In this document: positions 1 through 10,397 of the stretch, in pieces
How positions within the stretch are numbered: the first letter of the stretch is position 1
How the letters are laid out: each line of letters begins with the position of its first letter
Source: Pseudomonas aeruginosa
GTDB taxonomy: Bacteria; Pseudomonadota; Gammaproteobacteria; Pseudomonadales; Pseudomonadaceae
Assembly (NCBI RefSeq): GCF_001457615.1
Contig: NZ_LN831024.1
Location: 570,001-602,000, forward strand
DNA length: 32,000 nucleotides
Direction of reading: 5' to 3'
Translations under genes and position numbers: made by a program
The notes under the pieces: model-generated
Told to the model about the DNA's origin: nothing
Database searches by the model: none
Seen by the model: only the letters and a program-made list of their open reading frames with translations

Positions 1-603
1 GACCTGGGCGCCGCCGACCTGCTCGGCCGCCATCTGATCGGCGCCGACGGCACCTGGTGGCAGGACGGCCCGCTGACCCGCGCGGTGCGCGAAGGCGGTA
101 TCTGCTACCTGGACGAAGTGGTGGAGGCGCGCCAGGACACCACGGTCGCCATCCACCCGCTGGCCGACGACCGCCGCGAGCTGTACCTGGAGCGCACCGG
201 CGAGACGTTGCAGGCGCCGCCTTCGTTCATGCTGGTGGTGTCCTACAACCCCGGCTACCAGAATCTGCTCAAGGGCCTGAAGCCCAGCACCCGGCAGCGT
301 TTCGTCGCGTTGCGCTTCGACTACCCGGCGGCGCAGCAGGAGGCACGCATCCTGGTCGGCGAGAGCGGTTGTGCCGAGGCCCTGGCGCAGCGCCTGGTGC
401 AGTTGGGCCAGGCGCTGCGGCGGCTGGAGCAGCACGACCTGGAGGAAGTCGCCTCGACCCGCCTGCTGATCTTCGCCGCGCGCCTCATCGGCGACGGCAT
501 GGACCCGCGCGAGGCGTGCCGGGTGGCGCTGGCCGAACCGCTCTCGGACGATCCGGCGACGGTGGCGGCGCTGATGGACATCGTCGATCTCCATGTCGCC
601 TGA
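1..603 (+). CDS. nirQ: NirQ/NorQ MoxR-family AAA+ ATPase, 5'-truncated by window edge
   Basis: Frame 1 is open from base 1 (DLGAADLLGRHLIGADGTWWQDGPLTRAVREGGICYLDEVVEARQDTTVAIHPL...) to the TGA ending at 603. It has MoxR/NorQ-like Walker B (ICYLDEV) and sensor-region sequence and sits upstream of the norCBD genes. Confidence 0.93.
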   Translation, partial: DLGAADLLGRHLIGADGTWWQDGPLTRAVREGGICYLDEVVEARQDTTVAIHPLADDRRELYLERTGETLQAPPSFMLVVSYNPGYQNLLKGLKPSTRQRFVALRFDYPAAQQEARILVGESGCAEALAQRLVQLGQALRRLEQHDLEEVASTRLLIFAARLIGDGMDPREACRVALAEPLSDDPATVAALMDIVDLHVA

Positions 604-1165
604 TACCGTCGAGCGGCGCCTGCCCGGCGACCTGGCGATGTGGTTCTTCATCCTCGCCGAACTCAGCGTGTTCAGCCTGCTGCTGCTGGCGTTCGCCGGC
701 GCCCAGGCCTGGCAGCCGGAGCTGTTCCGTGCCGGCCGGGAGCAACTGGATAGCCGCTGGGGCCTGTTGCTGACCGTGGCCCTGCTCAGCTCCGGCTGGC
801 TCGCCGCGCTGGCGGTGCATGCGGTGCGCCGCGGACGGCCGCGCCAGGCGAGCGGCTGGTTGCTGGCGGCGCTGCTGCTGGCGCTGGTCTACGTCGGCCT
901 GAAGCTGCACGAGTACGGGCGGCTCGCCGATCTCGGCCTGGACATCGAGCACGACACTTTCTTCACCCTCTACTGGTGCCTGACCGGCTTCCATTTCCTC
1001 CACGTCCTGCTCGGCCTGCTGATCCTCGGCTGGCTGGCGCAGGCCTGCTGGCGCCGGTGTTATACGCCGCAGGCTTGCTCGGGACTGGAGTCGGGAGTGC
1101 TCTACTGGCACATGGTCGACCTGGTCTGGGTGCTGCTGTTCCCGCTGGTCTACGTCCTGCAATGA
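593..1165 (+). CDS. nirO: Cytochrome c oxidase subunit III / NorE-like membrane protein (NirO)
   Basis: 190 aa with multiple TM segments and heme-copper oxidase subunit III-like motifs (WFFILAELSVF, TFFTLYWCLTGFHFLHVLLGLLILG, YWHMVDLVWVLLFPLVYVLQ). It overlaps the nirQ 3' end. Confidence 0.87.
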   Translation: MSPDTVERRLPGDLAMWFFILAELSVFSLLLLAFAGAQAWQPELFRAGREQLDSRWGLLLTVALLSSGWLAALAVHAVRRGRPRQASGWLLAALLLALVYVGLKLHEYGRLADLGLDIEHDTFFTLYWCLTGFHFLHVLLGLLILGWLAQACWRRCYTPQACSGLESGVLYWHMVDLVWVLLFPLVYVLQ

Positions 1166-1166
1166 G

Positions 1167-1430
1167 GTGCCTATGCGAACCCTGACCCTCTGCTGGCTGG
1201 CGTTGCTGGCGCTGGCCGTGGCCGGTGTGCTGCTGGGCGGCGCCGGCGACTCTCCCTGGCTGCTGGCGGCGGTGCTGGCCTGCGCGGTGGCCAAGGGCTG
1301 GCTGATCGGCGAGCGCTTCATGGAGCTGGCCCATGCCCCGGCGCTATGGCGCCGCCTGCTGCTGGCCTGGCCGCTGCTGATGGCCCTGGCGGTGGGCGCT
1401 GCGCTGTACCTGGCGCGGATGAATAACTGA
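1167..1430 (+). CDS. nirP: Small membrane protein, NorF/NirP-like, cytochrome oxidase subunit IV type
   Basis: 87 aa hydrophobic ORF directly after nirO with LLAAVLACAVAKGWLIGERFMELAHAPALWRRLLLAWPLLMAL; the position matches the nirQOP operon. Confidence 0.8.
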   Translation: MPMRTLTLCWLALLALAVAGVLLGGAGDSPWLLAAVLACAVAKGWLIGERFMELAHAPALWRRLLLAWPLLMALAVGAALYLARMNN

Positions 1431-1448
1431 GTAAATCGTTCGGGAATC

Positions 1449-1462
1449 TTGATTGCCATCAA
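1449..1462 (+). promoter_or_regulatory. ANR/DNR (FNR-type) box upstream of norC
   Basis: TTGATTGCCATCAA is an exact match to TTGAT-N4-ATCAA. It is centred about 64 nt upstream of the norC ATG, with TAGAAT at 1486-1491 as a plausible -10, consistent with class II FNR-type activation. Confidence 0.9.
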
Positions 1463-1488
1463 GCGGGTTCGCCGCCGCCGCTTCCTAG

Positions 1489-3357
<1,869 letters not shown>

Positions 3358-3358
3358 G

Positions 3359-5197
3359 ATGGCCTTCGCCGTCGAGCTGGAGGAATGGGTCGGCGCCCAC
3401 TGGCACCGCTTCATCACCCGCCATGCCAGCGGCGAGTTCGAGGCGGCGCGGGTGACCCTGGAGAGCATGCGGCGTCCGCTCGGCATGCTCTTCCGGGCGC
3501 TCGGCGGCGCACCGGGGGTAGCCCTCGAGGCGACCCCGGCGCGCCGCCTGCTGCTACGCCGCACCTGGTTGCAGCGGGTCGCCGGGACCTGCGAGCAGGC
3601 CCCGGTGTCCTGGTTCAACGGCGACAGCCTGCGCCTGCCGGAATCCCTCGCGGTCTATCCGCAGGCCGAGCTGAACCGCGAACTGTATCGCTGGCTGGCG
3701 CTGCTGGCGGCCAGCGCCGGGCCGCTGCGGCACTGGGCCCAGGACAACCAGCGCTGGGCGCGGCAGTTGCTCGATGCCTATCCGGCGCTGCGCCCGCGCT
3801 ACGCCCGGCTGGTCGCCGCGCATCTGCGCCAGCGCCCGTCGCTGGACGATTGCCCGGCGGCAGACGCCGAACTGGAAATCGCCCTGCGCCGCGCGCTTGC
3901 CGAGCCGGGCAGCGTCGAGCGCTTCCCGCGAGTCGAGCGGGCGCCCTGGCCGGTGCCGCTGTGGCTGTATCCCGGCGAGCGCTGGACGCCTTCCGCCAGC
4001 GCGGAGGACGGCGAGGAAGCGGCCGCCGGCGCCGGCAAGCGCCAGGTCGCCCGCAGCGGAGCGCGCAAGCGCGCCGAGCGCGTCGAGGAGCGCGACAGCG
4101 AGCGCAACCTGCTGCTGTTCCGCCTGGAAAGCCTGCTCAGTTGGTCGGAGCACCTGGCCCTGGACCGCTGTAGCGACGACGAGGACGACCCGGACGGCGC
4201 GCGCGTCGCCGAAGACCTCGACTACCTGTCGCTGTCGCGCCAGCGCACGCAGAAGGGCGGCGGCCTGCGCCTGGATCTCGACCTGCCGGCCGCCGACTAC
4301 GATGACCTGCCGCTCGGCCCCGGGCTGAAGCTGCCCGAGTGGGACTATCGGCAGCAGCGCCTGCTGAGCGACCACGTGCTGCTGCAACCGATGCGGCCGC
4401 GCGGCGCGACCAGCGCCAGCCTGCCGGCGCACCTGGAGAAGACCGCGCTGCATCTGCGCCGCCAGTTCGCCTGCCTGCGCGACGGCCGCCAACGCCTGCG
4501 CCAGCAGCCGCAAGGCGACGAGATCGACCTCGATGCCTGGCTCGACTTCCAGGTCGAGCGGCGCCGCGGCGGTTCCACCCAGCCAGGCCTGTTCCTCGAA
4601 CAGCGGTCGCGCCGGCGCGACCTCGCCTGCCTGTTGCTGGCGGACCTGTCGATGTCCACCGAAGCCTACCTCGACGACCAGCGGCGAGTGATCGACAGCA
4701 TCGTCGACAGCCTGCTGCTGTTCGGCGAGGCGTTGCAGGCACTGGGCGACCCCTTCGCGCTGTACGGGTTTTCCTCGGTGCGCCGGCAGCAGGTGCGCTG
4801 GCAGGTGCTGAAGGACTTCGACGAAGGCTACGGCGGCGAGGTCCGCGGTCGCGTGCTGGCGCTCTCGCCGGGCTACTACACGCGGATGGGCGCGGCGATC
4901 CGCCGGGCCAGCCAGGTGCTCGGCGGGCAGCCGCAGAAGCGTCGCCTGCTGTTGCTGTTGAGCGACGGCAAGCCCAACGACCTGGACCGCTACGAGGGCC
5001 GCTACGGCATCGAGGACACCCGCCAGGCGGTGATCGAGGCGCGCAGCCAGGGACTGGTGCCGTTCTGCATCACCATCGACAAGGAGGCGGCGGACTACCT
5101 GCCCTACCTGTTCGGCGCCGACGGCTTCGCGCTGGTCGAGCGCGCCGGGCAGTTGCCCGAGCGCCTGCTCCAGCTCTATCGGCGCCTACGCCGCTGA
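3359..5197 (+). CDS. norD: NorD, VWA-domain nitric oxide reductase activation protein
   Basis: 612 aa with a C-terminal von Willebrand A domain (RRLLLLLSDGKPNDLDRYEGRYGIEDTRQAVIEAR) and a DLSMSTEAYLDD MIDAS-like motif; lies 1 nt after norB. Confidence 0.95.
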   Translation: MAFAVELEEWVGAHWHRFITRHASGEFEAARVTLESMRRPLGMLFRALGGAPGVALEATPARRLLLRRTWLQRVAGTCEQAPVSWFNGDSLRLPESLAVYPQAELNRELYRWLALLAASAGPLRHWAQDNQRWARQLLDAYPALRPRYARLVAAHLRQRPSLDDCPAADAELEIALRRALAEPGSVERFPRVERAPWPVPLWLYPGERWTPSASAEDGEEAAAGAGKRQVARSGARKRAERVEERDSERNLLLFRLESLLSWSEHLALDRCSDDEDDPDGARVAEDLDYLSLSRQRTQKGGGLRLDLDLPAADYDDLPLGPGLKLPEWDYRQQRLLSDHVLLQPMRPRGATSASLPAHLEKTALHLRRQFACLRDGRQRLRQQPQGDEIDLDAWLDFQVERRRGGSTQPGLFLEQRSRRRDLACLLLADLSMSTEAYLDDQRRVIDSIVDSLLLFGEALQALGDPFALYGFSSVRRQQVRWQVLKDFDEGYGGEVRGRVLALSPGYYTRMGAAIRRASQVLGGQPQKRRLLLLLSDGKPNDLDRYEGRYGIEDTRQAVIEARSQGLVPFCITIDKEAADYLPYLFGADGFALVERAGQLPERLLQLYRRLRR

Positions 5198-5203
5198 GAG
5201 GCC

Positions 5204-5398
5204 TCAGGGAGCATCGCGCGGCAACCAGAGCATCATGCCCAGGCAGAACAGCGCCAGCCCGACGCAGAACCAGGCGAAGCGCCGCTGCCGGCGACCCTGG
5301 AGCTGGCGCTGGGAAGCGCTGGGCAGCGGCATGCCGCACTGTTCGCAGGCGCTTTCCGCGCCTTCGGTTTCATGGAGGCAATACAGGCATTGGCGCAT
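5204..5398 (-). CDS. dnrP: Small zinc-ribbon membrane protein, DnrP-like
   Basis: 64 aa: MRQCLYCLHETEGAESACEQCGMPLP (two CxxC pairs) followed by a basic stretch and one C-terminal TM helix (FAWFCVGLALFCLGMMLWL). It is adjacent to dnr on the same strand. The symbol is from recall of the dnr neighbourhood. Confidence 0.7.
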   Translation of the reverse strand: MRQCLYCLHETEGAESACEQCGMPLPSASQRQLQGRRQRRFAWFCVGLALFCLGMMLWLPRDAP

Positions 5399-5481
5399 GG
5401 GCGTTCTCGCGGGCTCGACCCCGCCAGCTTGCCGGCGGACGGGCCGTGGCGCGCTTGACCGCGATCAAGCGGCGGCGCTGT

Positions 5482-6165
5482 TCACTCGAAGCACTCCAGG
5501 CGTTCGCGGTCGAGGATGCTGATTTCGCGGCCGTCGAGGCGGATGATGCCCTCGTCGCCGAGGCGGTGCATGATCCGCGAGAAGGTTTCCGGCTGGATCG
5601 ACAGGTGACCGGCCACCAGTTGCTTGGCCACCGGGATTTCCACCCGGCAGTTCTCCCCCGGCGCGTGGGCGGCGAGGGTCAGCAGGTAGCGCACCACGCG
5701 GTGGGTGGCGTTCTTCAGGGAAAGCGTCTCGATCTCGTCGATGCGCTGGTGCAGGCGGGTGCTGAGCTTGGCCAGCAGGGCCAGGGCCAACGGGGTGTTG
5801 TCCTGCAACTGGCGCAGGTAGGCCTTGTTGGAGAAACGGAACAGCTGGCTGGGCACCACGGCCTGGGCGGTGGCCACGTAGTTCGGGGTGTCCATGAACA
5901 TCATTGCCTCGGCGAAGGTGTTGCGTTCGTTGGTCACTTCGAGAATCTTCTCCTGGCCTTCCGGGGTCAGCCGGTAGATCTTCACGCAGCCGGAAATCAG
6001 GTAGTAGAAGGCGTGCGCCGGCTCGCCCTGGCGGAACACGTAGGCGCCCTTGTCGAGGTTGACCAGGTCGCTGCTGGCGAGCAGTTCCTGGAGCTGGACG
6101 GGAGAAAGCGGTTCGAACAGGTGGTGGCTTTGCAGCAACTGCTGGTGGACGCGCTGGAATTCCAT
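5482..6165 (-). CDS. dnr: Dnr, CRP/FNR-family NO-responsive transcriptional regulator of denitrification
   Basis: 227 aa from ATG at 6165 (MEFQRVHQQLLQSHHLFEPLSPVQLQELL...). It has an N-terminal cNMP-binding fold and C-terminal HTH (AKQLVAGHLSIQPETFSRIMHRLGDEGIIRLDGREI) and lacks the Fe-S cysteine set of ANR. Confidence 0.94.
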   Translation of the reverse strand: MEFQRVHQQLLQSHHLFEPLSPVQLQELLASSDLVNLDKGAYVFRQGEPAHAFYYLISGCVKIYRLTPEGQEKILEVTNERNTFAEAMMFMDTPNYVATAQAVVPSQLFRFSNKAYLRQLQDNTPLALALLAKLSTRLHQRIDEIETLSLKNATHRVVRYLLTLAAHAPGENCRVEIPVAKQLVAGHLSIQPETFSRIMHRLGDEGIIRLDGREISILDRERLECFE

Positions 6166-6226
6166 GCTGGGAAGGCTCGCGATGATGAGGGGACTGGCCA
6201 CTGTAGCGGGCCCGGCGCAGATCATC

Positions 6227-6240
6227 TTGACGCACGGCAA
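6227..6240 (-). promoter_or_regulatory. Possible degenerate ANR-type box upstream of dnr
   Basis: On the minus strand TTGCCGTGCGTCAA resembles TTGAT-N4-ATCAA with mismatches in the inner positions. It is centred about 68 nt upstream of the dnr ATG. Anr control of dnr is established knowledge; this exact site is inferred. Confidence 0.5.
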
Positions 6241-6293
6241 GCTCCCGGCGGCTGGGTGTTGCCGTCGGTCCGGCGAGCGGAACTATTACAGCG

Positions 6294-6311
6294 TGTAAGC
6301 CAAGGCTTACA
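6294..6311 (+). promoter_or_regulatory. GacA upstream activating sequence of rsmY
   Basis: TGTAAGCCAAGGCTTACA is a perfect 18-bp palindrome matching the TGTAAG-N6-CTTACA GacA box, 58 nt upstream of the RsmY 5' end. Confidence 0.93.
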
Positions 6312-6368
6312 AACGGCGGTGGTTTTGGCTGCTTTCTCCCCCTCGCGGAGATGCGTAATCTTCAAACC

Positions 6369-6494
6369 GTCAGGACATTGCGCAGGAAGCGCCAAAGACA
6401 ATACGGAAACTCAGGGAATCCACCATGGATGGTGGCGTAGCACGGATGTCAGGATAGAGGTCTGCAAAACCCCGCCCAAAAGGCGGGGTTTTTT
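6369..6494 (+). ncRNA. rsmY: RsmY small regulatory RNA that sequesters CsrA/RsmA
   Basis: GTCAGGACATTGCGCAGGAAGCGCCAAAGACAATACGGAAACTCAGGGAATCC... contains seven GGA motifs (6373, 6385, 6405, 6415, 6427, 6444, 6452) and ends in a GC-rich terminator with T6. TAATCT at 6356-6361 serves as -10. It has a GacA box upstream and lies in the known position next to dnr. Confidence 0.96.
6470..6494 (+). terminator. rsmY intrinsic terminator
   Basis: CCCCGCC-CAAAA-GGCGGGG followed by TTTTTT. Confidence 0.95.
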
Positions 6495-6518
6495 ATTGCC
6501 CGCGAAAAACCGCGTCGC

Positions 6519-7397
6519 TCAGACCACGCCTTCCAGCAGCGAGCGCAGCAGCTCGACGCTGGCGTGCTGGCGTTGCGCGTCGCGGTAGACCAGGCCGACC
6601 TTCAGCGGGATGCGCGGTTCGCTGAGCGGTTTCCACAGCAGCCGCTGGTTCGAGTGCATCTGCCGTGCCTTGCCCGGTAGAACGGTGGCGAAGCGGGTCT
6701 GCGGCAGGCTGTCGAGAATCCCGCTCATGTGGTTCAGTTCCGCCTGCACCCGCGGCCGCCGGCCGATCGCGGCGAGTTGCTCCTGCCAGATCTGGCGCGC
6801 GCGGAACTCTTCGCCGAGCAGCAGCATCGGCAACTCCGCGGCCTGGGCCAGGGACACCTTTCTGAACTCCTTCAACGGGTGTTCCTCGGGGATCACCAGC
6901 TGCAATTCGTCCTCGTACAGCTCGACGCTGTGCAAGCCCGGCTGGCGCGGCGGCAGGAAGCCGATGCCGATATCCAGGTTGCCGGTGAGCAGGCGCCGCT
7001 CGATGTCGATTCCCGACAGTTCGTAGATCTGCACCCGCAGATGCGGCTGCGCGGCGTGCAGGCGTTCGACCATGTACGGCACCAGGCTGGCGTTGACCGT
7101 CTGCAGTACGCCGATCGCCAGGCTGCGCGGGGTCTGCCCGCGGAATACGCGCATCGCCTCGCGGGCCCTTTCCAATCCCTCCAGCAGCGGTACCGCATGG
7201 TTGTACAGGGTGTGGGCGGCGACGGTCGGCAGCAGGCGCTTGCCGCTGCGCTGGAACAGCGAGACGTCGAGGTTCTGCTCCAACTGGCGGATCTGCTGCG
7301 AGAGGGCCGGTTGCGACAGGGCCAGGCGTTCGGCGGCGCGGCCGACGTGGCCTTCCTCGTAGAGCGCGACGAAATAGCGGAGTTGGCGAAAATCCAT
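6519..7397 (-). CDS. LysR-family transcriptional regulator
   Basis: 292 aa: MDFRQLRYFVALYEEGHVGRAAERLALSQPALSQQIRQLEQNLDVSLFQRSGKR is a classic LysR HTH, followed by a substrate-binding domain. Confidence 0.93.
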   Translation of the reverse strand: MDFRQLRYFVALYEEGHVGRAAERLALSQPALSQQIRQLEQNLDVSLFQRSGKRLLPTVAAHTLYNHAVPLLEGLERAREAMRVFRGQTPRSLAIGVLQTVNASLVPYMVERLHAAQPHLRVQIYELSGIDIERRLLTGNLDIGIGFLPPRQPGLHSVELYEDELQLVIPEEHPLKEFRKVSLAQAAELPMLLLGEEFRARQIWQEQLAAIGRRPRVQAELNHMSGILDSLPQTRFATVLPGKARQMHSNQRLLWKPLSEPRIPLKVGLVYRDAQRQHASVELLRSLLEGVV

Positions 7398-7498
7398 AAG
7401 CTGTTCTTATCGATGAAACTGGAAAATCGAAATGGAGTGGGTCCCGCGTAAGGCACTATTCTAGCTGCATTGGCGGTACATCGGGTGGTCGCGGAGCA

Positions 7499-8200
7499 AT
7501 GGAGCAGATAGTCGTAAACGGTGTTTTCATAGGTAAAGTCGAAGAAACCTGGGGCGGATTGGTCAGCGCGATCGACAAGCTGCCGGTCGAGCAGGAGTTC
7601 TGGCTGGGCCACGATGGCCTGCCCGGCGACGAACAGGCCGACATCCGCCACCACGGCGGCCTCGAGCGCGCTCTTCATCACTATCCCGCCGAGCACTACC
7701 GCTACTGGCGCAAGCGCCACCCGCTGAACCGCTGGCAACTGCCGGCGTTCGGCGAGAACATCTCGACCTACGGCATCACCGAAGCCGAGGTCTGCATCGG
7801 CGACCAGTTCCATTGGGGCGATGCCCTGCTGGAAGTCAGCCAGCCGCGTTCGCCCTGCTATCGCCAGGGCCAGCGCTGGAATCTTCCCGAGCTGCCCGAC
7901 GAATTGCAGAGCGGCGGCCGCTGCGGCTGGTTCTATCGGGTCCTGCGCAGCGGCATGGTGACTCCCGGGGACGAGCTGAAGCTGGTCCAGCGGCATTACC
8001 CTGAACTGACCGTCGCCCGCCTGTTGCAGTGGTATTTCGGCGATCCCCTGGAGCCTCTCGGGTTGCGCCAGATGATGGCCTGCGACGCGCTATCCCAGCG
8101 TTGGCGCAAGACAGCGGCGAAACGCCTGTCCAGCGGCGTGGTGGAAGACTGGGGGCCGCGCCTGCGCGGACCGTCGGATTACCGGGAGCATGCCTCTTGA
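7499..8200 (+). CDS. MOSC domain protein, YiiM-like
   Basis: 233 aa with HHGGLERALHHYPAEHYRYW, AFGENISTYGITEAEVCIGDQFHWGDALLEVSQPRSPCYR; MOSC signature including the conserved Cys. Confidence 0.88.
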   Translation: MEQIVVNGVFIGKVEETWGGLVSAIDKLPVEQEFWLGHDGLPGDEQADIRHHGGLERALHHYPAEHYRYWRKRHPLNRWQLPAFGENISTYGITEAEVCIGDQFHWGDALLEVSQPRSPCYRQGQRWNLPELPDELQSGGRCGWFYRVLRSGMVTPGDELKLVQRHYPELTVARLLQWYFGDPLEPLGLRQMMACDALSQRWRKTAAKRLSSGVVEDWGPRLRGPSDYREHAS

Positions 8201-8433
8201 GCGACTACCTGATCACCCTGAGCCAGTCCGGCCGGCTGTTGGCCAGCATGACGGTGAGCGCCGCGCGCTTTGCCGAGGTGCGCGAGCTGATGCGCCAGCG
8301 CTTCCCCGCCGGCGACGGCTTCGAACTGCGCATCGAAACGCGCCGGGAAAGCCGCCGGCTGCTGGAACAGGGGCCGCAGGGCGTGCGCTTGCTGGCGGTG
8401 GAGTACATGACCGAGGAACTGAAAGATGGCTGA
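8197..8433 (+). CDS. Small hypothetical protein, about 78 aa, translationally coupled
   Basis: In-frame TTG at 8197 overlaps the MOSC stop (L/MSDYLITLSQSGRLLASMTVSAARFAEVRELMRQRFPAGDGFELRIETRRESRRLLEQGPQGVRLLAVEYMTEELKDG). Its stop overlaps the aminotransferase start at 8426. The tight overlap at both ends supports it being real. Confidence 0.65.
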   Translation: MSDYLITLSQSGRLLASMTVSAARFAEVRELMRQRFPAGDGFELRIETRRESRRLLEQGPQGVRLLAVEYMTEELKDG

Positions 8434-9607
8434 TGCGCTGGATAGCCTGCGCCTGATGCGCACCCAGGAACGGCCCGAACAGGTGTTCGTCCGTGGCCAG
8501 GGCTCGTGGCTGTGGGACAGCGACGGACGCGCCTTCCTCGACTTTACCCAGGGCCTGGCGGTGAACTGCCTTGGCCACAGTCCCAGCGTGCTGGTCCAGG
8601 CCCTGGCCCGGCAGGCGCGGGAGCTGGTCAGCGCCGGCCCCGGCCTGCTCAACCGGCCGGTGCTGGCATTGGCGCAGCGCCTGTGCCTGGCGACCGGCAG
8701 CGACCAGGCCTACTTCCTCACCAGCGGCGCCGAGGCCAACGAAGCGGCCATCGCCCTGGCGCGCAAGTGGGGCCGCCTGCATCGCGGCGGCGCGCAACGG
8801 ATCGTCAGCACTGTCAACAGCATCCATGGACGCACCCCGGGCACCCTGACGGCTTGTGGCAAGCCGGCGCAGCATGGCCTGGAGGGATTTGCCAGGGTGC
8901 CGTTCAACGACCTCGACGCCATGGCCGCGGCCATCGACGAAGAGACGGTGGCGGTGATGCTGGAGCCGGTGCAGGGCGATGCCGGGGTGATCCCGGCGAC
9001 CCTCGACTACCTGCGTGGCATCGAGCGGCTGTGCCGGCAGCGTGGCGTCCTGTTGATCCTCGACGAGGTGCAGACCGGCATCGGCCGCTGCGGCGCGCTG
9101 CTGGCGGAGGAACTGTACGGGGTACGCGCCGACATCGTTACCCTCGGCAAGGGCCTCGGCGCCGGGGTGCCGCTGTCGGCGCTGCTGGCGCGTGGCAACG
9201 CCTGCTGCTTCGAACCGGGCGACCAGCTTGGCACCCACCACGGCAACGCGTTGATGACCGCTGCCGGGCTGGCGGTACTGAATACCGTGCTGGAGCCGGG
9301 TTTCCTGGAGCAGGTGCGCGAGCAGGGCACCCACCTGCGCGATGGCCTGGCCCGTGTCGCGCGTCGCTATGGGCATGGTCCGCTGCGCGGCCAGGGACTG
9401 TTCTGGGGGCTGCCGCTGATCGGCCAGCGCGCGCCGGCGGTGGTTCGCGCGGCGTTCGGCGAAGGCCTGCTGATCAACGCGCCGCAGCCGCACTGCCTGC
9501 GTTTTTCCCCGGCGCTGACGGTGAGCCGGGCCAACGTCGACGAAATGCTGCGGCGACTGGAACGGGCCCTGGCCCGGGTCGCCAACCGACACGAGGAGGT
9601 GGCCTGA
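8426..9607 (+). CDS. Class III PLP-dependent aminotransferase, acetylornithine/ornithine-type
   Basis: 393 aa with YFLTSGAEANEAAIALARKW, LILDEVQTGIGRCG, ADIVTLGKGLGAGVPLSALLA (PLP Lys). Confidence 0.92.
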   Translation: MADALDSLRLMRTQERPEQVFVRGQGSWLWDSDGRAFLDFTQGLAVNCLGHSPSVLVQALARQARELVSAGPGLLNRPVLALAQRLCLATGSDQAYFLTSGAEANEAAIALARKWGRLHRGGAQRIVSTVNSIHGRTPGTLTACGKPAQHGLEGFARVPFNDLDAMAAAIDEETVAVMLEPVQGDAGVIPATLDYLRGIERLCRQRGVLLILDEVQTGIGRCGALLAEELYGVRADIVTLGKGLGAGVPLSALLARGNACCFEPGDQLGTHHGNALMTAAGLAVLNTVLEPGFLEQVREQGTHLRDGLARVARRYGHGPLRGQGLFWGLPLIGQRAPAVVRAAFGEGLLINAPQPHCLRFSPALTVSRANVDEMLRRLERALARVANRHEEVA

Positions 9608-10323
9608 TGCGCGCCCTGGTATTGCAACACGTTCCCTTCGAAGGCAGCGCGCGGATCGGCGACTGGATCGGCCGCCACTGCGAGCACGAGCACGTCTGCT
9701 ACCTCTACGCCGACGCCCACCTGCCTGCGCTGGACAGCTTCGACCTGCTGGTGGTGATGGGCGGGCCGATGAGCGTCCACGACGAAGCGCAATATCCCTG
9801 GCTGGTGGCGGAGAAGCGTTTGATCCGCGCGGCGCTGGATGCCGGCAAGAAGGTCCTCGGCATCTGCCTCGGCGCGCAGCTGCTGGCCCAGGCGCTGGGG
9901 GCTGCGGTACGCCCGGGACGCCAGGCGGAGATCGGCTGGTGGCCGCTGCACAGGTACAGCCAGGCGCTGGGCTCGCCGCTGGGCGAGCGCCTGCCGGAAC
10001 GGCTGATGGCGTTCCACTGGCACGGCGAGACCTTCGACCTGCCGGCCGGCAGCGTGCCGCTCTATGGTTCGGCTGCCTGCGCAAACCAGGGCTTCATCTG
10101 GAACGAGCAGGCTATCGGCCTGCAATGTCACCTGGAAAGCACCGCGGAGAGCATCGAGGCGCTGCTCGATGCCTGCCCGCAGGACCTGCAACGGGAAGGG
10201 GCGGTGCAGAGCGCCGAGAGGATCCGCCAGGGTGTCGCGCATTGCCGCGAGGTGGCGCCGGTGCTGTTCCTGTTGCTCGATTACCTGGCGCATCGGCCGG
10301 CGGAGATCGCACGCCGGGCCTGA
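9607..10323 (+). CDS. Class I glutamine amidotransferase-like protein
   Basis: 238 aa from ATG at 9607 overlapping the aminotransferase stop. GATase1 features: VVMGGPMSVHDEAQYPWL, VLGICLGAQLLAQALGA (nucleophile Cys), GLQCHLEST. Confidence 0.9.
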   Translation: MRALVLQHVPFEGSARIGDWIGRHCEHEHVCYLYADAHLPALDSFDLLVVMGGPMSVHDEAQYPWLVAEKRLIRAALDAGKKVLGICLGAQLLAQALGAAVRPGRQAEIGWWPLHRYSQALGSPLGERLPERLMAFHWHGETFDLPAGSVPLYGSAACANQGFIWNEQAIGLQCHLESTAESIEALLDACPQDLQREGAVQSAERIRQGVAHCREVAPVLFLLLDYLAHRPAEIARRA

Positions 10324-10397
10324 TCGCCAGAAAGATTCCTCTGTCCTCGCATGCGCCTCCGGACGTCGTTTTGGTCCTGTGGGGCGCTTTTTTTATT

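Noticed and set aside
4339-6588. Plus-strand 749-aa ORF spanning the norD 3' end, dnr antisense and rsmY
   Set aside because: It crosses several confident features in other frames and has no recognisable domain.
8213-10084. Minus-strand 623-aa ORF antisense to the aminotransferase and GATase
   Set aside because: The plus strand carries clear enzyme motifs; the antisense frame has an Ala/Arg/Gln-biased, repetitive composition.
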